Shown piece after piece: positions 1-13,896 of a stretch of DNA of 24,043 bases (position 1 is the first letter of the stretch; each line of letters opens with the position of its first letter). This stretch comes from Eledone cirrhosa. Lineage: Eukaryota. The notes under the pieces were generated by a model. The model was not told where the DNA came from. It worked only from the letters and a program-made list of their open reading frames with translations, and searched no databases. Position numbers and translations under genes: made by a program. The stretch spans positions 1 through 24,043 of the forward strand of contig CAXHJY010001436.1 of NCBI GenBank assembly GCA_964016885.1, read 5' to 3'.

Positions 1-451
1 ATAGCGTGTGTATATATATAGGGTGTGTATATATATATATATAGGGTGTATATATATATATATATAGGTGGTTTATATATATAGTGTGTATATATATTTA
101 TAGGGTGTGTATATATATATAGGGTATATATATATAGGGTGTATATATATATATAGGGTCTATATATATATATATATATATATATAGGGTGTATATATAT
201 ATATAGGGTGTATATATATATATATAGGGTGTATATATATATATAGAGGGTGTATATATATATATATATAAATATAGGGTGTGTATATATCTATATATAG
301 GGTATGTATATATATATATATAGGGTTGTGTATATATATGTATACGGTGTATATATATATATATATATAGGGTGTGTGTATATATATATATAGCGTCTAT
401 ATATATATATATAGGCTGTGTATATATATATATAGGGTGTATATATATAGG

Positions 452-490
<39 letters not shown>

Positions 491-1180
491 GTGTATATAT
501 ATATAGGGTGTGAATATATATATATAGGGTGTGTATCTATATATATATAGGGTATGTATGTATATATATATATATATAAGGTGTGTATATATATATAGGT
601 GTATATATATATATATATATAGGGTGTATATATATATAGGGTGTATATATATTAATATAGGGTGTATATATATATATATACACCCTATATATATATATAC
701 ACCCTATATATATATATATACACACCCTATATATATATACACACCATATATAAATATATATATACACCCTATATATATACACTATATACACCCTATATAT
801 ATATATATATGCTGTGTATATATATAGGGTGTGTATATATATATATAGGGGTTTTATATATATATATAGGGTATATATATATATATATATAGGGTGTGTA
901 TATATATATAGGCTGTATATATATATATATATATATATATAGGGTGTGTATATATATATATGGGGTGTGTATCTATATATATAGGGTATGTATATATATA
1001 TACATATATAGGGTGCGTATATATATATATAGGGTGAACATATATATATAAGGTGTATATATATATATAGGGTGTGTATATATATATAGGGTGTATATAT
1101 ATATATATAGGGTGTGTATATATATATATATATAGGGTATATATATATATATATAGGGTGTGTATATATATATATATAGA

Positions 1181-1221
<41 letters not shown>

Positions 1222-1309
1222 GTATATATATATATTGGGTGTGTGTATATATATATATGGTGTGTGTGTATATATATATATATAGGGTGTATATATATAT
1301 ATATATAGG

Positions 1310-1346
<37 letters not shown>

Positions 1347-1476
1347 GTGTATATATATATATATATATATAGGTTGTGTGTATATATATATATATAGGGT
1401 GTATATATATATAGGGTGTGTATATATATATATATAGGGTGTATATATATATAGGATGTGTATATATATATGTAGG

Positions 1477-1517
<41 letters not shown>

Positions 1518-1566
1518 GTGTATATATAAATATATATAGGGGTGTATATATATATATATATATAGG

Positions 1567-1603
<37 letters not shown>

Positions 1604-2320
1604 GTGTGTATACATATATATATAGGGTGTATATATATATATATTGGGTGTATATATATATATAGGGTGTATATATATATATATAGGGTGTGTATATTTA
1701 TATATATATACGCTGTGTATATATATATATAGGATGTATATATATATATAGGGTGTATATATATATAGGGTGTATATATAAATAGGGTGTGTATTTATAT
1801 ATATAGGTTGTATAAATATATATAGGGTTGTATATATATATATATATATAGGGTGTGTATATATATATATATAGGGTGTATATATATATATAGGGTTTGT
1901 ACATATATATATATATAGGGTGTATATATATATATAGGGTGTGTACATATATATATATATAAAGGGTGTATGTATAAATATATATATAGTGAGTGTATAT
2001 ATATATATATAGGGTGTGTTTATTTATACATAGGGTGTATTAATATAGGGTGTATATATATATATATATATAGGGTGTATATATATATCTATATAGGGTG
2101 TATATATATATATATGGTTTATATATATATAGGGTGTGTATATATATATATACATAGGTTGTATATATATATATAGGGTGTTTATATATATATAGGGTGT
2201 ATATATATATATATATAGGGTGTGTATATTTATATATAAGGTGTATTAATATAGGGTGTATATATATATATATATATATAGGGTGTATATATATATCTAT
2301 ATAGGGTGTATATATATAGG

Positions 2321-2359
<39 letters not shown>

Positions 2360-2866
2360 GTATATATATATATATATAGTGTGTGTATATATATATATAT
2401 ATAGGGTGTGTATATATTTATATATAGGGTGTGTATATATATATAGGGTGTATATATATATTTATATATAGTGTGTATATATATATATATATAGGTTGTT
2501 TATATATGCATATAGGATGTATATATATATAGGGTGTGTATATATATATAGTGTGTATATATATATATAGGTGTATATATATATATATATATAGGGTGTA
2601 TATATATATAGGTTGTAGATATATATATAGGGTGTATATATATATATAGGGTGTATATATATATATAGGGTGTCTATATATTTATATAGGGTGTCTATAT
2701 ATATATAGGGTGTGTATATATATATATATAGGGTTTTTATATATATATATATATAGGGTGTATATATATATATATACACCCTATATATATATATACACAC
2801 CCTATATATATATACACACCCTATATAAATATATATACACCCTATATATATATATACACTATATAC

Positions 2867-2897
<31 letters not shown>

Positions 2898-3133
2898 GCT
2901 GTCTATATATATATAGGGTGTGTATATATATATAGGGTGTTTATATATATATATATAGGGTGTATATATATATATATATAGGGTGTATATATATATATAT
3001 ATAGGGTGTATATATATATATATAGGGTATATATATATATATATATGGTGTGTATATATATATATATATAGGTTGTGTGTATATATATATATATAGGGTG
3101 TGTATATTTATATATAAGGTGTATTAATATAGG

Positions 3134-3172
<39 letters not shown>

Positions 3173-3271
3173 GTATATATATATCTATATAGGGTGTATA
3201 TATATATATAGGGTGTATATATATATATAAGGTGTGTATATATATATATATAGATATATAGGGTGTGTATG

Positions 3272-3487
<216 letters not shown>

Positions 3488-3890
3488 ATGTATATATATA
3501 TTTATAGGGTGTACATATATATAGGGTGTATATATATATATGTAGTGTGTGTATATATATATATATATAGGGTGTGTATATATTTATATATAGGGTGCGT
3601 ATATATATATATAGGGTGTATATATATATTTATATATAGGGTGTATATATATATATATAGGTTGTTTATATATGCATATAGTGTGTATATATATATAGGG
3701 TGTGTATATATATATAGTGTGTATATATATATATATATAGGTGTATATATATATATATAGGGTGTATATATATATAGGGTGTAGATATATATATATATGG
3801 TGTATATATATATATAGGGTGTATATATATATATATATATAGGGTGTGTATATATATATATATATATGGGGTGTATATAATATTTATAGG

Positions 3891-3957
<67 letters not shown>

Positions 3958-3991
3958 TGTATATATATATAGTGTGTGTGTATATATATAG

Positions 3992-4030
<39 letters not shown>

Positions 4031-4429
4031 GTATATATATATATAGGGTGTGCATATATATATATAGAGTGTATATATATATATATAGGGTGTATAATAT
4101 ATAGAGTGTATATATATATAGGTGTATATATATATATATATATATATAGGGTGTATATATATATATAGGGTGTCTATATATTTATATAGGGTGTCTATAT
4201 ATATATAGGGTGTGTATATATATATATATAGGGTTTTTATATATATATATACATATAGGGTGCATATATATATATATACACCCTATATATATATATATAC
4301 ACCCTATATATATCTATACACACCCTATATATATATACACACCCTATATAAATATATATACACCCTATATATATATATACACTATATACACCCTATATAT
4401 ATATATATATATATAGATTTAATATAGAT

Positions 4430-4482
4430 GAGATTCTACAGGACTAGAACTGTTTCATTCATTAGAAATCATCAGGAATCGC
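4430..4482 (-). ncRNA. Type I hammerhead ribozyme motif (inverted copy)
   Basis: Minus strand reads GCGATTC-CTGATGA-TTTCTAATGAAT-GAAA-CAG-TTCTAGTC-CTG-TA-GAATCTC. Stem I has 5 contiguous bp here. Confidence 0.65.
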
Positions 4483-4505
4483 TACACCCTATATATATAG
4501 AGAGA

Positions 4506-4558
4506 GAGATTCCTGATGATTTCTAATGAATGAAACAGTTCTAGTCCTGTAGAATCTC
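4506..4558 (+). ncRNA. Type I hammerhead ribozyme motif
   Basis: Stem I GAGATTC 4506-4512 pairs with GAATCTC 4552-4558. Core CTGATGA 4513-4519. Stem II TTC-TAAT-GAA. GAAA 4532-4535. Stem III CAG/CTG. Cleavage triplet GTA 4549-4551. Confidence 0.75.
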
Positions 4559-4639
4559 ATCTATATTAAATCTGTTATACTCTGCTATGTATTGAGTACC
4601 TTACTTACTGTGGTTACCTCCGATTCAACCCGGAATAAC

Positions 4640-4699
<60 letters not shown>

Positions 4700-5215
4700 T
4701 GTCTATATATATATAGGGTGTGCATATATATATAGGGTGTTTATATATATATATAGGGTGTAGATATATATATATATAGGGTGTATATATATATAGGGTG
4801 TATATATATATATATAGGGTATATATATATATATATAGGGTGTGTATATATATATATAGGGTGTATATATATATATATATAGGCTGTATATATATATATA
4901 TATAGGGTGTGTATATATATATGGGGTGTGTATCTATATATATATATAGGGTGTGTTTATATATATATATATATATATAGGGTGTATATATATATATGGT
5001 ATATATATATATAGGGTGTGTATATATATATATATAGGGTGTGTATGTATATATATATATATATAAGGTATGTATATATATATAGGTGTATATATATATA
5101 TATATATATAGGGTGTATATATATATAGGGTGTATATATATTTATATAGGGTGTGTATATATATATAGGGTGTGTATATATATATATATAGGGTTTATAT
5201 ATATATATATATCGG

Positions 5216-5253
<38 letters not shown>

Positions 5254-5351
5254 CCTATATATATATACACCATATATATATATATACACACCCTATATAT
5301 ATACACACCCTATATAAATATATATACACCCTGTATATATACACTATATAC

Positions 5352-5392
<41 letters not shown>

Positions 5393-5781
5393 TGTGTATA
5401 TATATAGGGTGTGTATATATATATATAGGGTGTTTATATATATATATAGGGTGTATATATATATATATAGGGTGTATATATATATATATATAGGGTGTAT
5501 ATATATATATATATAGGGTATATATATATATATATAGGGTGTGTATATATATATAGGCTGTATATATATATATATATATAGGGTGTGTATATATATATAT
5601 ATGGGGTGTGTATCTATATATATAGGGTATGTATATATATATACATATATAGGGTGCGTATATATATATATAGGGTGAACATATATATATAAGGTGTATA
5701 TATATATATAGGGTGTATATATATATATAGGGTGTGTATATATATATATATATAGGGTATATATATATATATATATATATA

Positions 5782-5826
<45 letters not shown>

Positions 5827-5881
5827 GTGTATATATATATATATATATAGGGTGTATATATATATATATATATATATAGGG

Positions 5882-5917
<36 letters not shown>

Positions 5918-6454
5918 GTGTATATATATATATAGAGTGTATATATATATATATATTGGGTGTGTATACATATATATATAGGGTGTATATATATATATAT
6001 TGGGTGTGTATATATATATAGGGTGTATATATATATATATAGGGTGTGTATATTTATATATATATACGCTGTGTATATATATATATATAGGATCTATATA
6101 TATATATATAGGGTGTATATATATATAGGGTGTATATATATAGGGTGTTTATATATATATATAGGGTGTATATATATATATAGGGTGTATATATATATAT
6201 GTATAGGGTATATATATATATATATAGGGTGTGTGTATATATATATATAGGGTGTATATATATATATAGGCTGTATATATATATATATATATTTATATAT
6301 AGGCTGTATATATATATATATATATAGGGTGTGTATATATATATGGGGTGTGTATCTATATATATATATAGGGTGTATATATATATAAATAGGGTATATA
6401 TATATATATATAGGGTTTGTATATATATATATAGGGTGTATATATATATATAGG

Positions 6455-6505
<51 letters not shown>

Positions 6506-6851
6506 CTGTATATATATATACATATATAGGGTGCGTATATATATATAGGGTGAACATATATATATAGTGTGTATATATATATATAGGGTGTGTATATATA
6601 TATAGGGTGTATATATATATATATAGGGTGTGTGTATATATATATATATAGGGTATATATATATATATATATAGGGTGTGTATATATATATATATATAGG
6701 GTGTATATATATATATATATAGGGTGTCTATATATATATATATATAGGGTGTGTATATATATATATATAGAGTGTGTGTATATATATATATAGGGTATAT
6801 ATATATATTGGGTGTGTATATATATATATATAGGGTGTATATATATATAGG

Positions 6852-6888
<37 letters not shown>

Positions 6889-7076
6889 GTGTATATATAT
6901 ATATATATGTTGTGTATATATATATATATATATATAGGGTGTATATATATATAGGGTGTGTATATATATATATATAGGGTGTATATATATATAGGATGTA
7001 TATATATATATATATATAGGGTGTGTATATATATATATATATATAGGGTGTATATATATATATATATATATATAGG

Positions 7077-7113
<37 letters not shown>

Positions 7114-7363
7114 GTGTATTTATGTATATATAGGGTGTATATTTATATATATATAGGGTGTATATATATATATATTGGGTGTATATATATATATATAGGG
7201 TGTATATATATATATATAGGGTGTGTATATTTATATATATATACGCTGTGTATATATATATATAGGATGTATATATATATATATATAGGGTGTATATATA
7301 TATAGGGTGTATATATATATAGGGTGTGTATATATATATATAGGTTGTATAAATATATATAAG

Positions 7364-7404
<41 letters not shown>

Positions 7405-7444
7405 GTATATATATATATATAGTGTGTATATATATATATATAGG

Positions 7445-7495
<51 letters not shown>

Positions 7496-8141
7496 GTATA
7501 TATATATATATATAGGGTCTGTATACATATATATATATATATGTAGGGTGTATATATATATATATATAGGGTGTGTATATATAAATATAGGGTGTGTACA
7601 TACATATATATATATATAGGCTGTATATAAATATATATATATAGGGTGTATATATATATATATATATATAGGGTGCGTATATATATATATATATAGGGTG
7701 TGTATATATATATATATATAGGGTGTATATATATATATAGGGTGTGTACATATATATATAGGGTGTGTGTATATATATATATATATAGTGGGTGTATATG
7801 TACATATATAGGTTGTGTTTATTTATATACAGAGTGTATTAATATAGGGTGTATATATATATATATATAGGGTGTATATATATATCTATATAGGGTGTAT
7901 ATATATATATGGTTTATATATATATAGGGTGTGTATATATATATGTATATGTACATAGGTTGTATATATATATATATATAGGGTGTTTATATATATATAG
8001 GGTGTGTTTATATATATATATATATAGGCTGTTTATATATATATATAGGGTGTGTATATTTATATATAGGGTGTATTAATATAGGGTGTATATATATATA
8101 TATATATATATATAGGGTGTATATATATATATATATATAGG

Positions 8142-8172
<31 letters not shown>

Positions 8173-8980
8173 GGATGTATATATATATTTATAGGGTGTA
8201 TACATATATAGGGTGTATATATATATATAGTGTGTGTATATATATATATATAGGGTGTGTATATATTTATATGTAGGGTGTGTATATATATATAGGGTGT
8301 ATATATATATATATATATATATATATGTAGGGTGTGTATATATATATATATAGGGTGTGTTTATATATATATAGGGTGTTTATATATATATATAGGGTGT
8401 GTATATATATATATATAGGGTGTATATATATATATATATATATGGGGTGTATATATATATATATAGTGTGTAGATATATATATAGGGTGTATATATATAT
8501 ATATAGGGTGTATATATATATATAGGGTGTATATATATATAGAGTGTATATATATATAGGGTGTATATATATATAGGGTGTGTATATATATATATAGGGT
8601 GTATATATATATGTAGGGTGTATATATATATATAGGGTGTATATATATATAGAGAGTATATATATATATAGGGAGTGTATATTTATATATATATAGCGTG
8701 TATATATATATATATAGGGTGTATATATATATATAGGTTGTATATATATATATTGGGTGTATATATATATATATAGGGTGTGTATATATATATAGGGTGT
8801 ATATATATTTATAGGATGTATATATATATATATAGAGTGTGTATATGTATGTATATATAGGGTGTATATATATATATATAGGGTATATATATATATATAT
8901 ATATATATAGGGCGTGTATATATATATATATATATATAGGGTGTATATATATATGGGATGCGTATATATATATATATAGG

Positions 8981-9020
<40 letters not shown>

Positions 9021-9117
9021 TGTGTATATATATATATATATAGGTTGTGTGTATATATATATATATAGGGTGTATATATATATATAGGGTGTGTATATAT
9101 ATATATATATATATAGG

Positions 9118-9154
<37 letters not shown>

Positions 9155-10021
9155 GTGTATTTATATATATATAGGGTGTATATATATATATATTGGGTGT
9201 ATATATATATATAGGGTGTATGTATATATATATATAGGGTGTGTACATTTATGTATATATACGCTGTGTATATATATATATAGGATGTATATATATATAT
9301 ATAGGGTGTATATATATATATAGGGTGTATATATATATAGGGTGTGTATATATATATATAGGTTGTATAAATATATATAAGGTGTATATATATATATATA
9401 TATATATATAGGGTGTATATATATATATAGTGTGTATATATATATATATAGGGTGTATATATATATATAGGGTCTGTATACATATATATATATATATATG
9501 TAGGGTGTATATATATATATATATAGGGTGTGTATATATAAATATAGGGTGTGTACATACATATATATGTATATAGGCTGTATATAAATATATATATAGG
9601 GTGTATATATATATATATATAGGGTGCGTATATATATATATATAGGGTGTGTATATATATATATATATAGGGTGTATATATATATATAGGGTGTGTACAT
9701 ATATATATATATAGGGTGTGTGTATATATATATATAGTGGGTGTATATATATATATATAGGTTGTGTATATTTATATATAGAGTGTATTAATATAGGGTG
9801 TATATATATATTTATATACATAGGTTGTATATATATATATATAGGGTGTTTATATATATATAGGGTGTGTATATATATATATATATAGAGGGTGTGTATA
9901 TATATATATATAGGGTGTGTGCATATATATATATATAGGGTGTGTATATTTATATATAGGTTGTATTAATATAGGGTGTATATATATATATAAGGTGTGT
10001 ATATATACATAGATATATAGG

Positions 10022-10058
<37 letters not shown>

Positions 10059-10117
10059 GTATTAATATAGGGTGTATATATATATATAAGGTGTGTATAT
10101 ATATATAGATATATAGG

Positions 10118-10162
<45 letters not shown>

Positions 10163-10353
10163 GTATATATATATATATATATAGGGTGTATATATATATA
10201 TATAGGGTATATATATATATATATATATATATAGGGTGTATATATATATATATAGGTTGTTTATATATGTATATAGGGTGTAGATATATATATATAGGGT
10301 GTATATATATATATATAGGGTGTATATATATATAGGGTGTATATATATATAGA

Positions 10354-10375
10354 ATCATCATCATCATCATCATCA
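10354..10375 (-). repeat. (ATG/TGA)n trinucleotide 3' tail of the LINE
   Basis: ATCATCATCATCATCATCATCA directly at the element's 3' junction. Confidence 0.9.
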
Positions 10376-13002
10376 CCGTTTTACGTCCGTTCTTCCACGC
10401 TAGCATGGGTTAGACGGGTTGTCCTGTTGTGGGCAGTGTCTGGTCGGCTGACCATGCCTTGCTCATACAGGAACTGATCTGGCTTGATTTCTACAGCTGG
10501 ATGCCCTTCCTAACACCAACCTCATTTACAGTGAGTGCTGGGTGCTTTTTCGTGGCGCCTACACGTCCACTTTACAGTGTGGGCTGGGTGCTTTTTTGCC
10601 GTGGCACCTCCACGACCACCTTGCGGTGGGGGGGGGGAGGCATATTGTTTATATGCTTCAGCATGTACCCATGGGAGGTCGGGTACCCTGTATTACTGCG
10701 TGACGCCAGAAGTCACGGTCGTGTGTCATTGACTTTGAGAGGTGTAGTTGGGTAAGGTCGGCTTTTATCACCTCATCCCAAGTCATCTTGGGTCTCCCCA
10801 CTCCGCGGTTTCCATCAACTTCTAGTGCTCTGCACTTTTTTATGCAGCTGTCATCCTTCATACGCATCACATGTCCATACCAGCGTAACCGCCTCTCCTG
10901 CACGCAGCATTTGATTCCTCTTATGCTCAGTCTCTCTCTCAATTCATTTATGCTTTGTCGTTCACGTATATTACTGTTACACATCCATCGGAGCATGCAG
11001 GCTTCGTTTCTCTCTAATCTACGTAAGTCTTCCACCTTCAGCGCCCAGGTCTCACTACCATGCAACATCGCTGTTCGGATACACGCATCATACAGTCTGC
11101 CTTTCATTCTGAGGGAGAAGCCTTTTGCAGCTAGCAGTGGTAGTAGTTCCCTAAACTTCTTCCATCCCGTTCTTACCCTAGTTATTGTACTTTCTGAGCA
11201 CCCACCTCCGTTGCTAATTCGGTCACCTAGGTAGCAGAAGCTGTCTACTGTTTCTACAGGGCCCTCCCAGAGATTGGTGGTACTTGTTTCCTGTGGCTGT
11301 TTGCTTGCTGTTTCAGCACAGCTGCTGCATGTGAATCCTACATTCTTAATTAAGCTTCCTGAGATCCCGCTACATCTCTTGTGTACCCATTGTTTGCATT
11401 TGGGGCAAAGAATGGAGTTCCTACCTACACCTTTCCTACATACTGAGCAAGGCCATTTCCCTGAGGGGATCTGGGTTCTGTTTTCTCGTCTACTTATAAG
11501 GACCTTAGTCTTTGTCATGTTGACTTTGAGGCCCTTTCTCTCTAGTCCCTGCTTCCAGGTTTGGAATTTATTCTCTAGTTCTACCATAGATTCAGCTATG
11601 AGTGCGAGGTCATCAGCATACAGGAGTTCCCATGGGCATCCGGTCTTAAACTCCTCCGTTATTGCCTGCAGGACTATGATGAACAGGAGAGGGCTAAGAA
11701 CAGAGCCCTGGTGGACCCCAACCTGTACGCTAAATTCCTCGCTATACTCATTGCCAATCCTAACTTTGCTGACTGCTCCCCTATACATGGCTTGTACCGC
11801 TTTCACAAGCCATTCATCTACTCCTAGTTTTCTAAGAGCCCACCAGATTACTGCACGTGGAACTCTGTCAAAGGCTTTCTCAAGGTCGACAAATGCCAAG
11901 TAGAGTGGCTTACTTTTAGCTAGGTACTTTTCCTGTAATTGCCTCACAAGGAAGAGCGCATCAGTGGTGCCTTTCCCTGGTACAAACCCAAATTGCATCT
12001 CGTCTATATTCACCCGGTCCCTAATCAGCTGTGCTATAACTCTTTCTGTTACTTTCATGACCTGGTCCATCAACTTTATACCTCTATAGTTTCCTCTATC
12101 TAGTGCATCGCCTTTACCTTTGTAGCAGTTGACAATGATGCTACTGCACCAATCTTTTGGTATGGCCCCCTCTAGTATTACCTGGTTAACGATACGTGTG
12201 GTTATAGTGTGACCTACAGACCCAGATGCCTTCAGCATCTCGGCAGCTATACCCGATGGACCGGTTGCCTTCCCTATCTTCATATCTCTGATTGCCTTAC
12301 TTACTACGCTGCCGCTGACTTGTACTGCTGGTCCCTCTATAGGGTCTACGTGGGGTAGGGTCTCTTCTTCCCATGCATTCTCCTCATTTAGTAATCTATC
12401 ATAATGACTCTTCCATGCATCTTTCTTCTCAGCACTTGTGAGGGCAAGCTCACCTTTATCATTCCGGATACACTTCTCTCCAATGACATCACAACTATCT
12501 CTGACACACTGCCTCGCAATCTTGAATACCTCCTGTTTCTGGTCCTCACGTTGTAAAACATGCTTGAATTTTCTATCCTCTGCTTCCCTCCTAGCTAAGT
12601 ATACTTGTCGCCTAGCTTCCCTCTTGGTCTCTATGTAATGTACCCTGCTCCCCCCGTTCTTCCATTCTTTCCATGCCTGTCTCTTGGCCTTGACTGCTTC
12701 ATCTACCTTATTGTTCCACCACCAAGTCACTCTCCTCCTGCTTGAGGTCTTACTCCAGCCACAAACCTCATCCGTCGCCTCTAGTAAGTTATTTTTTAGG
12801 AACTCCCAGTTCTCTTCTACGTTAAATGTCTGTATCTGTTCTTCTTTACTGTCGTAGGCGTTGAGTAAAATATCTTTAAATCTGTTACTGGTTGAGGGGA
12901 CTTTCAGCTTCCAGATCTTTCTTCTCCAGGTTGGCCTCTGTTTCAGGGCTCGTCTAGTTCTGACCGTGAGGTCGCTGACAACTAAGCTATGTTGGGATGT
13001 AC
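10354..13002 (-). mobile_element. 5'-truncated non-LTR retrotransposon (LINE), RTE clade
   Basis: RT ORF, ~280-bp 3' UTR, (ATG)7 tail on the minus strand (ATC repeats 10354-10375), flanked by ATATAGA at 10347-10353 and 13003-13009. C-terminal RLRWYGHVMRM...GRPKMTW motif typical of RTE ORFs. Confidence 0.93.
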
Positions 13003-13003
13003 A
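10658..13003 (-). CDS. RTE LINE reverse transcriptase ORF, 5'-truncated (APE endonuclease lost, no start codon), with an internal PHD-type zinc finger
   Basis: Motifs NYRGIKL, QFGF, FVDLEKAFDRV, GVHQGSVLSPLLF, LYADD, FCYLG. I translated 91 further stop-free codons upstream of the track's GTG start at 12730 (CTSQHSLVVSDL...KIWKLK...NWEFLK...EVCGW), up to the satellite junction. Confidence 0.93.
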   Translation of the reverse strand, partial: CTSQHSLVVSDLTVRTRRALKQRPTWRRKIWKLKVPSTSNRFKDILLNAYDSKEEQIQTFNVEENWEFLKNNLLEATDEVCGWSKTSSRRRVTWWWNNKVDEAVKAKRQAWKEWKNGGSRVHYIETKREARRQVYLARREAEDRKFKHVLQREDQKQEVFKIARQCVRDSCDVIGEKCIRNDKGELALTSAEKKDAWKSHYDRLLNEENAWEEETLPHVDPIEGPAVQVSGSVVSKAIRDMKIGKATGPSGIAAEMLKASGSVGHTITTRIVNQVILEGAIPKDWCSSIIVNCYKGKGDALDRGNYRGIKLMDQVMKVTERVIAQLIRDRVNIDEMQFGFVPGKGTTDALFLVRQLQEKYLAKSKPLYLAFVDLEKAFDRVPRAVIWWALRKLGVDEWLVKAVQAMYRGAVSKVRIGNEYSEEFSVQVGVHQGSVLSPLLFIIVLQAITEEFKTGCPWELLYADDLALIAESMVELENKFQTWKQGLERKGLKVNMTKTKVLISRRENRTQIPSGKWPCSVCRKGVGRNSILCPKCKQWVHKRCSGISGSLIKNVGFTCSSCAETASKQPQETSTTNLWEGPVETVDSFCYLGDRISNGGGCSESTITRVRTGWKKFRELLPLLAAKGFSLRMKGRLYDACIRTAMLHGSETWALKVEDLRRLERNEACMLRWMCNSNIRERQSINELRERLSIRGIKCCVQERRLRWYGHVMRMKDDSCIKKCRALEVDGNRGVGRPKMTWDEVIKADLTQLHLSKSMTHDRDFWRHAVIQGTRPPMGTC

Positions 13004-13331
13004 TATAGAGTGTATATATATATAGGGTGTATATATATATAGGGTGTGTATATATATATATAGGGTGTATATATATAGAGAGAGTATATATATATATAGC
13101 GAGTGTATATTTATATATATATAGGGTGTATATATATATATAGGGTGTATATATATATATAGGTTGTATATATATATATTGGGTGTATATATATATATAT
13201 AGGGTGTGTATATATATATAGGGTGTATATATATATATAGGATGTATATATATATATAGAGTGTGTATATGTATGTATATATAGGGTGTATATATATATA
13301 TATAGGGTGTATATATATATATATATATAGG

Positions 13332-13396
<65 letters not shown>

Positions 13397-13865
13397 GTAT
13401 TTATATATAGGGTGTATATATATATATATAGGGTGTATATATATATATATTTATATGGTGTATATATATATATATAGGGTGTATATATATATATATATAG
13501 GGTGTATATATATATAGGGTGTATATATATATATGTAGGGTGTATATATATATATATAGGGTGCGTAAATATATATATATGGTGTATATATATATGTATG
13601 GTGTATATATATATATATGGTGTATATATATATATATATAGGGTGTATATATATGTCTATAGTGTGTATATATATATAGGGTGTGTATATATATATATAT
13701 AGGGTGTATATATATATATATATAGGGTGTATATATATATATAGGGTGTGTATATATATATAGGGTGTGTATATATATAAAGGGTGTGTATATACATATA
13801 TAGGGTGTATATACATATATATTTGTTGTGTATATATATATATAGGGTGTATATATATATATAGG

Positions 13866-13896
<31 letters not shown>

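Larger units (their letters stand above)
4415..4640 (+). mobile_element. Short retroelement end fragment (probably the 3' end of a Penelope-like element) with an inverted 5' copy
   Basis: Only complex sequence in the first 10 kb, sitting inside a TA run. 4415-4480 is the exact reverse complement of 4508-4573. The + arm continues to 4640 and then enters (TA)n. It contains hammerhead motifs. PLE origin is inferred from the hammerhead, the inversion and the TA target. Confidence 0.65.

Noticed and set aside
4415-4573. MITE or DNA transposon with terminal inverted repeats
   Set aside because: The inverted arms are not terminal, since unique sequence continues to 4640 on one side only, and they encode a hammerhead motif.
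11610-11616. CTGATGA on the minus strand (hammerhead core-like)
   Set aside because: It is the coding sequence of the YADD motif, and no matching stems were seen.
10429-12638. Plus-strand ORFs of 65-209 aa (10429, 10535, 10788, 11274, 12438)
   Set aside because: Antisense shadows of the LINE ORF and UTR, with no recognisable motifs.
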